Assembly: GCA_964458565.1 (NCBI GenBank) | Contig: CAYWJO010000002.1 | Coordinates: forward strand, 1 to 64,000 | DNA from: an uncultured archaeon | GTDB lineage: Archaea; Asgardarchaeota; Thorarchaeia; Thorarchaeales; Thorarchaeaceae | Direction of reading: 5' to 3' | DNA: 64,000 nucleotides | In this document: one piece after another, positions 10,129 through 18,970 of the stretch | How the letters are laid out: each line of letters starts with the position of its first letter | Numbering within the stretch: the first letter of the stretch is position 1 | Notes under the pieces: model-generated | Seen by the model: the letters and a program-made list of their open reading frames with translations, nothing else | Database searches by the model: none | Told to the model about the DNA's origin: nothing | Translations under genes and position numbers: made by a program

Positions 10129-10464
10129 TCATTCCTCATCTTCTTCTACGTCATCTTCATCAAAGAAATCATCATCATAGAGGTCTTCAAGATCGATGTC
10201 ATCCTCATCATCGATTTCCTCAATATCGTCAACCTTTGGCTCTTCCTTTTTCGGTTCTTTCTTAGGCTCCTTTTTGGGCTTTGATTCCTTCTTGTCCTTT
10301 GGCTTCGTTTCAGATATTTGAACTGAACTCTTTGTTCTAATCTTCCATAACTCCGTCCGAGTCTTTCGTATCTTTCTCATTCTACGGAAATCTACTTGTT
10401 GAGGGTTTTGATTCCTTCTAAGTCGAATCAGTTCTCGTTCCAGAGCCTTCTCCTTGTTCACCAT
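10129..10464 (-). CDS. Small protein with basic N-terminus, KKEP repeats and acidic tail
   Basis: Intact ORF with GGTGA SD; strongly segregated charge. Confidence 0.65.
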   Translation of the reverse strand: MVNKEKALERELIRLRRNQNPQQVDFRRMRKIRKTRTELWKIRTKSSVQISETKPKDKKESKPKKEPKKEPKKEEPKVDDIEEIDDEDDIDLEDLYDDDFFDEDDVEEDEE

Positions 10465-10583
10465 TTTCAGGTCACCAAGCTGCTGCTTCTGGGTTCAGAC
10501 TTTGGGTTACGTTATAACTGTAACGCTGGATTAATCAGGTTGGAAAAGGAACGTTCATTTTCAACCATAACAATTCTTGATTC

Positions 10584-10601
10584 AGCGAATACTCTATAAG
10601 T
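10584..10601 (+). promoter_or_regulatory. BRE-TATA promoter of tRNA-Arg(CCG)
   Basis: AGCGAATACTCTATAAGT about 20 nt upstream of the tRNA; 16/18 identical to the motif before the second tRNA. Confidence 0.7.
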
Positions 10602-10621
10602 GCTAGTCAAAATCTGCCTTT

Positions 10622-10730
10622 GGGGCCGTAGTCTAGCATGGACTTGGGTCATTGTTAATGACCGGGATGCACATAAGGCACCAGCCTCCGGAGTTGGTTT
10701 TCCCCGGTTCGAATCCGGGCGGTCCCGCCA
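10622..10730 (+). tRNA. tRNA-Arg(CCG) with 31-nt D-loop intron (10642-10672) and encoded CCA
   Basis: Acceptor GGGGCCG/CGGTCCC-G-CCA; anticodon arm CCAGC-CT-CCG-GA-GTTGG; TTCGAAT T-loop; BHB with GCAT/ATGC helix and GGA/ACA bulges. Confidence 0.95.
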
Positions 10731-10803
10731 TCCCCTCATTATGAGAATTATCGGTCTTTATATTGCTCTAAATACACAACTCTTTGAAGTGAGGCTATCA
10801 CTT

Positions 10804-11040
10804 ATGTCAACTCTTAATGGTCAACACAGTACCACTCAACGGGTGGTTGCAAGATTTACTAAATACCTCAATGGCCCTCTTGGGAAGACGGTTCTAGAAA
10901 ATTTAGATGAAGGTGAGAGCTTTCTACTACAGACATCTGAGCACACTCTACGTGTTACTAAAGTTAGGGGCCGTGCAGTTGTTGAATTAGCACAACCTGA
11001 CATCCCCAAAGAGAATTGGCTGATCAATGTACAATCCTAG
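10804..11040 (+). CDS. Hypothetical 78-aa protein between the two tRNA-Arg genes
   Basis: ATG at 10804 with GTGAGG SD; the 5' extension in the ORF track overlaps the tRNA and is spurious. Confidence 0.65.
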   Translation: MSTLNGQHSTTQRVVARFTKYLNGPLGKTVLENLDEGESFLLQTSEHTLRVTKVRGRAVVELAQPDIPKENWLINVQS

Positions 11041-11060
11041 CTTATTAATAATAATCTTTT

Positions 11061-11078
11061 AGCGAAGAATCTATAAGT
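11061..11078 (+). promoter_or_regulatory. BRE-TATA promoter of tRNA-Arg(GCG)
   Basis: AGCGAAGAATCTATAAGT about 21 nt upstream of the tRNA. Confidence 0.7.
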
Positions 11079-11099
11079 CGTAAAGAAATTCTGATGGAT

Positions 11100-11207
11100 G
11101 GGGCCGTAGTCTAGCCTGGACATGTAATGGTATCCATTATATGAGACAAATAAGGCGCCAGCCTGCGGAGTTGGTTTTCCCAGGTTCGAATCCTGGCGGT
11201 CCCGCCA
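11100..11207 (+). tRNA. tRNA-Arg(GCG) with 30-nt D-loop intron (11120-11149) and encoded CCA
   Basis: Same cloverleaf as the first copy, anticodon GCG; relaxed BHB GCCT/AGAC with GGA/AAA bulges; intron hairpin CATGTAATGG-TAT-CCATTATATG. Confidence 0.95.
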
Positions 11208-11220
11208 CTTAATTTTGAGT

Positions 11221-11745
11221 CTATGTTATTTGTTGCCATCTTTTCAGCTTTTGAAACACCTGTGCAATTGTTTCTGCTCGATTAACCTGATTCTCAACCT
11301 CTTCGCGGGTTAATTCTCGTATCTGTGAAGCAGGTGCACCTGAATTTAGGCTCCTTGGAGATATGACAACATTCGACGGGATAATACTCCCTGGAGCTAA
11401 CATCACCCCCTCTCCAAGAGTTGCTCCATCATAGATAACACATCCCTCACCGATATTCACACTATCCCCTATGTATACTCCATGTAAGACTGATGCAGTC
11501 CCAATTACGGCTAGACTTCCAATTATAGCAGGGTTATTCTCGGAATGTGCGTGTATCACAACACTATCTTGAACACACGTACCCTCCCCTATTCGGACGC
11601 TTGCTTGATCTCCTCGAATAACTGCTCCTGGCCATATGCTCACTTTTGCTGATATTTCAACATCTCCAACAATAGTGGCTTGTGGGCTGACATACGCTTT
11701 AAGATCTATTTTTGGATTCTTATCTCCGAAACTTAGAATTGGCAA
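11221..11745 (-). CDS. Gamma-carbonic anhydrase family (YrdA/CaiE-like) hexapeptide-repeat protein
   Basis: IVGDVEI, IWPGAVIRGD, VQDSVVIH and VLHG motifs. Confidence 0.9.
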   Translation of the reverse strand: MPILSFGDKNPKIDLKAYVSPQATIVGDVEISAKVSIWPGAVIRGDQASVRIGEGTCVQDSVVIHAHSENNPAIIGSLAVIGTASVLHGVYIGDSVNIGEGCVIYDGATLGEGVMLAPGSIIPSNVVISPRSLNSGAPASQIRELTREEVENQVNRAETIAQVFQKLKRWQQIT

Positions 11746-11828
11746 TAGGACTACCTCTTTGGCTTCTACCTATTAACCAGTGTCACAGTCTAATAAAACA
11801 TCAGGTGATTTAATCAGTCACTCTAGCT

Positions 11829-12197
11829 CTATTTCAGAAGTTGTTTGATGACCTCTTCATAGTGCTCGGGAGGTCTTAAGCCAATAATCCTGTCCGTTTT
11901 AGATGGTTCACCAGTACGGAAATCAACAAAATCAAAATCAGCCAATTTCCCATTATGATATACTAGAACACATGGTATCGCACGAATGTCATTATCTGAA
12001 GCGAATTGCTTGTGGTCTTGAGTATTAACCTTCAGAAATTTGACATCTTCATTATCAGCATATTTCTGTTCAAGTTCCTCAAGGATTGGACTTAGCGTAA
12101 GACAAGGACCACACCATGGTGCCCAACAATCAACTAGGAGTAACTTAGTTTCAGCGACGGCCTTCATCACGTCATCAGGTGAAACATCATTGACCAT
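11829..12197 (-). CDS. trxA: Thioredoxin
   Basis: WAPWCGPC active site; IRAIP cis-Pro motif. Confidence 0.92.
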   Translation of the reverse strand: MVNDVSPDDVMKAVAETKLLLVDCWAPWCGPCLTLSPILEELEQKYADNEDVKFLKVNTQDHKQFASDNDIRAIPCVLVYHNGKLADFDFVDFRTGEPSKTDRIIGLRPPEHYEEVIKQLLK

Positions 12198-12244
12198 ATA
12201 AATTCACACTCTATTTCTTCGGAATCAAAAACGCCTAAGTACTT

Positions 12245-12280
12245 TGCTGGTGATGATAGTATTACCCACCATCACCTGCA
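12245..12280 (-). terminator. Hairpin between the tandem thioredoxin genes
   Basis: TGCTGGTGATG...CATCACCTGCA inverted repeat just 3' of the upstream trx. Confidence 0.4.
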
Positions 12281-12293
12281 TGTTCTTTCAAAA

Positions 12294-12665
12294 TTATGCT
12301 TCTACTTCAGTGAGTAGGCCTTCAACAATCTGTGTGTAAATCTCAGGAGGCATTACACCCACAAGTCGATCAAGTTTCTTTCCTGAACCGTCATCAAACA
12401 CAACCTGTTGTCCGCCTGCAAAGACAAAGACACAGGGTACTCCGGAGATTTGCTTCTCCATACTGAAATCACGATTCTGATCAACGTCAAGCTTGACAGC
12501 CTTAAACCCGCGATCTTTATACTCTTCATCTAATTCTTGAATAATCGGACTTAATGTCTTACACGGACCACACCAGACGGCATGACAATCGAGAAACACT
12601 ACTTTATTTTCAGACACAATTGAATCAAGTTGTTCTGCGGTTATTTCTTCTACCATTATTATCAC
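12294..12665 (-). CDS. trxA: Thioredoxin (tandem paralog)
   Basis: HAVWCGPC; ISGVP. Confidence 0.92.
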   Translation of the reverse strand: MIIMVEEITAEQLDSIVSENKVVFLDCHAVWCGPCKTLSPIIQELDEEYKDRGFKAVKLDVDQNRDFSMEKQISGVPCVFVFAGGQQVVFDDGSGKKLDRLVGVMPPEIYTQIVEGLLTEVEA

Positions 12666-12835
12666 TCAGCTCTCTACAAGAGGTCGGTTATGCAAGAATT
12701 TACACAACCGCATTTAACGATTGTGATTCGACTATTATTATAGGCGGCTCTAAATCTGAACAACCATATTAGTAGTCAGTGCCAAAGTTTGATAAACATG
12801 ATTTCCGGTTGGAAACAAGTTACAAGTGATTAATC

Positions 12836-15472
12836 ATGCCTGTTCTTCATTGTGCCAAGTGTGGCTCTACCCTTGATATTAAAAAACGGGGTGGAATTTG
12901 GTCTGTACAATGTCATCGGTGTAATGCAGAGATAACCCTCGAGGGTCGCGGAACAGATTTGTTTGATGCATATGAGGCCTACACACGAGCTGTGCAGGAG
13001 GGCACAGTAGAAGTAACAATGCCCCAGAAACGACGAACGGCTAAAAGTAAAGGTATCTCCGACTCGAGTTTGACTAAACCCCGATCAGCCTCTGGTAAAG
13101 TTCAATCGCTCGACGCGATTAGGGAAATAATCGAAATAGGGGGAAATTCTTTGCTAGATTTACCCGATGATGTGAAAAATGTTGCAGAGAGCGGACGTGA
13201 TTATCTTGTTTCATACAGATATCTACCTGAAACCGATACTGAGTATGGCTCTGTAATTGAAGATCTGAAAATTCCAAATCGCCTTGTAGAGATACTAAAT
13301 TCCAAAGGGATTGAACGATTATATTCTTACCAAGAAGAGGTGTTTGAGAAAATTTTCAATGGTGATAATGTTGTCATTGCTGCACCAACAGCACAAGGTA
13401 AAACCGAAGCATTTGTGCTTCCAATTATCAAATCGCTACTAGTCAATATTCAAGATTCTTTCATGAACCCTGGTATTCGGGCGCTAATAATCTATCCAAC
13501 AAAAGCTCTAGCACGTGATCAATATGAGAAAATTGCAGAGATGTGTCATGCCTCAGGTCTCACAGTTTCTATCTTTGATGGTGATGTATCACAAACGCAA
13601 CGCGCTAAAATATACAATCGCCCTCCTGACCTTTTACTAACGAATCCTGATGTCTTACATTATCATCTGGGTTGGAGTCAATCAAGACTAGTGTCATTAC
13701 TAAGTAATGTGAAATATGTTGTACTTGATGAAATCCATCTATATACAGGTTCGATGGGTTCCAATGTTTACTATATTCTAAAACGACTTCGAGCTGAGTG
13801 CGGGGCGTTTCAAATGATTGGTGCATCAGCAACCATTGCAAATCCTAAGGAATTTGCAGAGATGCTTTTCGACTCTCCAGTTGACCTGGTGCTCTCAGAG
13901 AGTGCGAAGAGGGGTCCTATTCATTTCATGATGTATTACCCTGGTAATCGCAGCAAATATAGTATGATTGTTGACCTTGTTGCACAATTACGTAGGGGTG
14001 GATTCAAAACCCTGGTTTTTGGAAATACACATTCAGAGGCTGAGTTACTCAACATCATGTTGAATGATATCGGTGTGAAATCCAAAATACATAGAGCCGG
14101 TCTGTCCAAGAAACATCGTAGTGAAGTTGAAGCGCAGTTTAAGTCGGGACAATTATCTGTTCTCGTTTCAACACCAACTCTAGAACTTGGTATAGATATT
14201 GGTGACTTAGATAGCGTTGTCAGTATGATTGTTTCAATAACTCGTCTTACGCAAAGAATCGGTAGGGCTGGTCGAAAAGGTCAAGAAAGTGTCGCTGTAC
14301 TTGCATTAAGGGAAAAAGATCCGATCTCTTCGTTTTATCGACACAAACCAGAGAAATACTTCACAGATGTTGATGCAGCATATATGGAACCTGATAATGA
14401 AGTCGTTGGATATTATCAACTGATTGCAGCTGCGATGAGTGGTAAACTGAATCTCTCTATGTTTCCGCGACAGAGAAAAATCATCTCGCGTCTTGAAGAA
14501 GACGGGTTAGTTGAAGTCCAAGAGAACGGAGCTGTTCGTGTTGTAGATTTTGACAGGGCACAAAAAGCATGGAGGGGATACAGCATTCGCGGCATTGGCG
14601 ATACCGTACAGATCAAGCTTGGTAAGAAATCATTAGGCGAACGTTCAATGCCGATGGCCGCACAGGAACTACATCCCGGAGCCATTTATCTACATGGGGG
14701 TGCGAATTATCTGTCTGTAGATTTTCAATATACAGTTGGTTTTGGTAGAGCCACAGTTGTTTCCTTGAATGACCGTAGTGCTCATACTCGTCCATTATAT
14801 TTCACCATGCCAAAGATAATAGAAATACATGAGGAAAGGAAAATCCTTGGAATGAATGTTATTTATTGTACTCTGGAGATGGCCCAAACGGTCTTCGGGT
14901 TCGTTAAGAAGGAAACTCGCACGGGACGAATTCTCGGAAGACAGGATATACCGCGGCCTCTTGAATATAGATACGAAACAAGGGGGATCGCATTTATGGC
15001 ACCTGAACCTATTAACTCAATAAATGACTATATCGATGGTAAAATGAACCATCTGAAAGGTCCGCTACTCGGACCTGCAGATTTGTATGGTGGTGCATAT
15101 CACGCACTTGAACATGTCATAATTGAATCCAGTGATATGCTAACTGGGGGCGGAACTCGCGAGATAGGAGGTGTATCCATGGGTGATTCAGGAATCATTT
15201 TTGTGTATGATGGAAGTCCTGGTGGAAATGGGGCGTCTCGTTTGCTATTCTCACGATTTCCTGAGGCGTTTGAGCGTGCTGAAATCATACTCGATAAGTG
15301 TGAATGCAATACCTCCGATGGATGTCCTCTTTGTACATATTCTTATCAATGTGGAAATAACAATAGTCCATTGTACAAGATTGGTGCATTAGAAAGCATC
15401 CGTCTCATCCTGAAAAACGCAGAAACCAGTGTTGATACTAAGAGTTATTCAGGATTTGAACCAGTTGTATAA
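12836..15472 (+). CDS. DEAD/DEAH-box SF2 helicase with C-terminal DUF1998 Zn domain (Hrq1/MrfA/SftH-like) and N-terminal Zn ribbon
   Basis: APTAQGKT, YPTKALARDQ, DEIH, SAT, LELGIDIG, QRIGRAGR; HALEH...C-x-C-x3-GCPLC...CGNNN. Confidence 0.92.
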   Translation: MPVLHCAKCGSTLDIKKRGGIWSVQCHRCNAEITLEGRGTDLFDAYEAYTRAVQEGTVEVTMPQKRRTAKSKGISDSSLTKPRSASGKVQSLDAIREIIEIGGNSLLDLPDDVKNVAESGRDYLVSYRYLPETDTEYGSVIEDLKIPNRLVEILNSKGIERLYSYQEEVFEKIFNGDNVVIAAPTAQGKTEAFVLPIIKSLLVNIQDSFMNPGIRALIIYPTKALARDQYEKIAEMCHASGLTVSIFDGDVSQTQRAKIYNRPPDLLLTNPDVLHYHLGWSQSRLVSLLSNVKYVVLDEIHLYTGSMGSNVYYILKRLRAECGAFQMIGASATIANPKEFAEMLFDSPVDLVLSESAKRGPIHFMMYYPGNRSKYSMIVDLVAQLRRGGFKTLVFGNTHSEAELLNIMLNDIGVKSKIHRAGLSKKHRSEVEAQFKSGQLSVLVSTPTLELGIDIGDLDSVVSMIVSITRLTQRIGRAGRKGQESVAVLALREKDPISSFYRHKPEKYFTDVDAAYMEPDNEVVGYYQLIAAAMSGKLNLSMFPRQRKIISRLEEDGLVEVQENGAVRVVDFDRAQKAWRGYSIRGIGDTVQIKLGKKSLGERSMPMAAQELHPGAIYLHGGANYLSVDFQYTVGFGRATVVSLNDRSAHTRPLYFTMPKIIEIHEERKILGMNVIYCTLEMAQTVFGFVKKETRTGRILGRQDIPRPLEYRYETRGIAFMAPEPINSINDYIDGKMNHLKGPLLGPADLYGGAYHALEHVIIESSDMLTGGGTREIGGVSMGDSGIIFVYDGSPGGNGASRLLFSRFPEAFERAEIILDKCECNTSDGCPLCTYSYQCGNNNSPLYKIGALESIRLILKNAETSVDTKSYSGFEPVV

Positions 15473-15491
15473 TTTGGGAGCTGAAAGACAT

Positions 15492-17435
15492 TTGGTATTG
15501 TTTTCGATTGGACGCGGACATGATGGGCCTGCTCGAGTAGGACTACTTAAACTAAATGAACATGATGTGCCGACTCCCGCGCTTATCAGTCCGATGGATG
15601 GTGGTCTCGCTCATTTCTATGCGACCTACAATCATGAGAGCTTTGCCCCAGAAAAACCGATTCTGCTTTCATTGGGTTCTGCGTTCATGTGGGATTTTGA
15701 ATCATCTCTAGATAATACGGAAGACATGATGGTCCTATTGCCAAGTTTTCCAGGATTATCCGATATCAGCGATAGTTCTAAGGATGCTGTGTTACAATTT
15801 CAATTAGAGATTATTGAGAGATTGTCTGATACTCTTGATCCTTCCCAACTGGTAGCCCGTATTCCAGCTACCTCAAATCCAAATGCGTTAAGTGATGTCG
15901 TTAGTAAGATATCTGAGAAGGGAGTGACTAGCGCAGCAATTACGTTCGATAGTACATCTGGAATGAATGATTATAACTCGATTTTTATGAGAGCACATTT
16001 GCCTCGAAGCTGGAGTGCTTTTGCTTTTGGTAGGATTACTCCAAGTGTTATCCCCCTCTTGTATTATGTTGGATTCGATTTCTTTGATATTGGCTATGGA
16101 TGGGCTAGCGCATCTCAGAATATTCGTCTGTGGTCTTATGAACAAGAGCGGATTACCAATGATGCAACGTCACGGTTCTGTGGATGTACAGCATGCAATC
16201 AGTCCATCCAACTGAATGAATTGGATAATACAAAGGCAAATGCTACCATCTTACAACATAACATTCTAGTCTACAGGACTGTAATGTCGGAGTGTCTTCA
16301 TCATTCGAAAAGGGGGTCTCTTAGACAGCTCGTTGAATCTTTTACTCACGCAAGCCCATCACTTAATGCATTACTTCGGACCATTGATCAGGGTCTCTAT
16401 GATTATTTGGAAGAGTTCACGCCAACATCTGGGTCAGGAACTCAGTCTTTAATCGGACCCGAATCATATCATGCACCGTCTATAAGGCGATTCCGGGAAT
16501 ATCTCAAAGATCGTTATATTCCACCTAGTCATAAATCGATCATTCTCCTATTGCCCTGTTCTGCGAGAAAACCCTATTCGGATTCAAAATCTCATCGTCG
16601 ATTCATATCGACTATTGAGTCTGCATTAGGTTCACTTCGTTCAAGAGTTGCTGAAACTATTCTGACTTCACCTCTAGGCGTAATTCCGAGGGAATTGGAA
16701 CGAATATACCCTGCAGCAAATTATGACATACCTGTAACCGGAGATTGGGATGATGAGGAGGTTTCAATTGGAGCTGATGCCCTAGTCGCACACCTAAACA
16801 AGTTTGATGAGGCCTGTGTCGTGGTTGCCCATGTACAGGGTGGATACAAAGAAATTGTTGCTTCAGCTCAAGAGAGAATTCGTCAATCTGTGATATACAC
16901 ACTCGATGAACAATCTCCTGGAAGTAGAGATGGTCTTCAATCTCTTCGGGATACTCTGACTGATTTAAAGGAGATACTTCAACTTGAAAATATAGATTCA
17001 CGATTATTTGCTGACACTCTACGGGCGACAGCGGACTTTCAATTTGGTCCAGATGCAGGAATGAATCTGATTCCAGATAGTGCAAAACTATCAGGAAAAT
17101 TGTACAGAATGGTAGTAGTTCGTGATGGTGGAGTTCAAACATGTGCTTTCATAGCATCAAACGGCCTGCTTTCTCTTACAATTGATGGTGGGAGGAAAAT
17201 CGATTCACTAGAAAGATATTGGGTTCGATTTGCTGGTGAAGATATTCAGGGTGGGTCTCTTTTTGCAATAGGGGTGAAGGAGGCTGACGAACGAATAAGA
17301 CCAGGAGATGAAGTTGTTATCTTGAATAATTCAGGCAAACTTCTTGCAGTTGGTAGAAGTGAAATGTCTGGCTTGGAAATGTGTGAACACACGAGAGGGC
17401 GCGCTGTAACTATAAGACATAAGGTTGGTGAGTAG
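15492..17435 (+). CDS. arcS: Archaeosine synthase subunit ArcS (TgtA2) with PUA domain
   Basis: HDGPARVG N-terminus; LLPCSARKPYSDSKSH; TSPLGVIPRELE; YDIPVTGDW; C-terminal PUA IRPGDEV. Probable TTG start at 15492 (ORF open from 15429). Confidence 0.92.
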   Translation: MVLFSIGRGHDGPARVGLLKLNEHDVPTPALISPMDGGLAHFYATYNHESFAPEKPILLSLGSAFMWDFESSLDNTEDMMVLLPSFPGLSDISDSSKDAVLQFQLEIIERLSDTLDPSQLVARIPATSNPNALSDVVSKISEKGVTSAAITFDSTSGMNDYNSIFMRAHLPRSWSAFAFGRITPSVIPLLYYVGFDFFDIGYGWASASQNIRLWSYEQERITNDATSRFCGCTACNQSIQLNELDNTKANATILQHNILVYRTVMSECLHHSKRGSLRQLVESFTHASPSLNALLRTIDQGLYDYLEEFTPTSGSGTQSLIGPESYHAPSIRRFREYLKDRYIPPSHKSIILLLPCSARKPYSDSKSHRRFISTIESALGSLRSRVAETILTSPLGVIPRELERIYPAANYDIPVTGDWDDEEVSIGADALVAHLNKFDEACVVVAHVQGGYKEIVASAQERIRQSVIYTLDEQSPGSRDGLQSLRDTLTDLKEILQLENIDSRLFADTLRATADFQFGPDAGMNLIPDSAKLSGKLYRMVVVRDGGVQTCAFIASNGLLSLTIDGGRKIDSLERYWVRFAGEDIQGGSLFAIGVKEADERIRPGDEVVILNNSGKLLAVGRSEMSGLEMCEHTRGRAVTIRHKVGE

Positions 17436-18537
17436 TCTGGACGAAATATTCAATCCCCTCTTGTCACTAATTCAAAAGGCATCATTTGACGCAAGAGGCA
17501 AATCAATAGCAAAACGAAAGACCCGGAATCCTAATCTTCCTTCTTCTAAATGGGTGAGTGACTCACGTATTGGTTCAGATATGGGTAAATCACTGGCAAT
17601 AGTATTGAATACTATTGGATGTTCTCACGCTCGCTCTGATATTGGTGGATGCACGATGTGTAGCTACCTCCTCGATGGGTCAAATGTGATTATTAGTTCA
17701 GACCAATTACAGAATCAATTCGACGAAGCTTTTAGATCCCTATCCGATAAGGACGGTCCTCTCGCAGTAAAATTATACACTAGTGGTAGTTTTCTTGACT
17801 CTGAAGAAGTACCAGATGAAGCAAGACAACATATTCTAACTCGGATTGCTGATGATGATCGAATTCGTGAGGTAATAATTGAATCTCGTCCTGAATATGT
17901 TACTGAATCTAGAATGAATGAGCTACGCTCCATGCTAGCTGACCGTCACATAGAGTTGGGAATTGGAATTGAAAGCATGAATGATAAAATCCGTACCATT
18001 TGTATCAATAAGGGATTCAGCACCGATGACTTCATTCATGCCGTTGATGTGGCAAAAGCAGAACGGATTGGGGTGAGAGCCTATGTCCTTCTTAAACCCC
18101 CTTTTCTAACAGAACGTGATGCATTGACTGATGCGAAACGTACGATCAATGAAGTCGTCGAAATAGGTGCAACCACCGTTTCTATAAACCCAATAAATAT
18201 TCAAAAGGATACTCTTGTTGAGTTCCTATGGAACCGTGGAGTCTATCGACCTCCTTGGTTGTGGTCCATAGTTGATCTTCTTCTAGAAACACGTGTATCG
18301 GTTAGTGATGACATCAATATCATCTGTGATCCTGTGGCAGCGGGGAAAAGTCGTGGCTCTCATAATTGTGGTGTATGTGATGGTGAAATTATCCAAGGAA
18401 TTAAAAAATTCTCAATGAATCAGGACATTCGGATTTTATCTTCCTTATCTTGTCAATGCAAGGAAACCTGGAAACACGTTCTTTCTCATGAGGATGTCAC
18501 TCTTCAGACCCATCGTGATTTGATAATAGACTATTGA
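17425..18537 (+). CDS. Archaeosine biosynthesis radical SAM protein RaSEA
   Basis: GCSHARSDIGGCTMC, YTSGSFLD, ESRPEYV, LLKPPFL, YRPPWLWS and RGSHNCG motifs; overlaps arcS. Confidence 0.92.
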   Translation: MVSSLDEIFNPLLSLIQKASFDARGKSIAKRKTRNPNLPSSKWVSDSRIGSDMGKSLAIVLNTIGCSHARSDIGGCTMCSYLLDGSNVIISSDQLQNQFDEAFRSLSDKDGPLAVKLYTSGSFLDSEEVPDEARQHILTRIADDDRIREVIIESRPEYVTESRMNELRSMLADRHIELGIGIESMNDKIRTICINKGFSTDDFIHAVDVAKAERIGVRAYVLLKPPFLTERDALTDAKRTINEVVEIGATTVSINPINIQKDTLVEFLWNRGVYRPPWLWSIVDLLLETRVSVSDDINIICDPVAAGKSRGSHNCGVCDGEIIQGIKKFSMNQDIRILSSLSCQCKETWKHVLSHEDVTLQTHRDLIIDY

Positions 18538-18592
18538 GAAAAGGCTTAAAGGAAGACTCAAGGCGATATCAGCGTAAGCAGAGGTAGGAATC

Positions 18593-18928
18593 ATGTCTCC
18601 ATTTATAACACGCGTTCAAGTATGGTTCAATAGTGAAGGTGCTTCACCTTCAGAGATAATTGAGAAGCTAGTAGAACTTGGATTCACTCCTGTTCGAGGA
18701 GCTTATGATTTTGTGTATGAACATGACTCAGAAGAGATTGGAGAAGATGACTTATCCAATGCAATTCTGGACATCGCAAATGCATTACATGCAGCTCTCT
18801 CTGGTTTTAAGGTTCTTTATACACTGGACACACACGAAGGTGGAGATTTTATTCCACTCGAGGATATTGATGCAGAATTAGAGGCGACCCGAAAGGAACT
18901 TCAAGATATCGAGAACGAGAATGATTGA
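18593..18928 (+). CDS. Conserved archaeal hypothetical protein
   Basis: FNSEGASPSEI...LGF...GAYDFVY pattern; GAGGT SD. Confidence 0.7.
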   Translation: MSPFITRVQVWFNSEGASPSEIIEKLVELGFTPVRGAYDFVYEHDSEEIGEDDLSNAILDIANALHAALSGFKVLYTLDTHEGGDFIPLEDIDAELEATRKELQDIENEND

Positions 18929-18964
18929 AAGAAAGAACTGAGGGGACCTCCCCTTATTCTTCTT
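18929..18964. terminator. Hairpin between convergent genes
   Basis: AAGAAAGAACTGAGGGG-ACCT-CCCCTTATTCTTCTT. Confidence 0.5.
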
Positions 18965-18970
18965 ATTATC

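Noticed and set aside
10512-10803. ORFs 10512-10739(-) and the 5' part of 10600-11040(+)
   Set aside because: They overlap the tRNA-Arg(CCG) gene and are shadow translations
10622-11207. tRNA direct repeats as attL/attR of an integrated element
   Set aside because: Both are full-length tRNAs with different anticodons and their own promoters; no integrase is present
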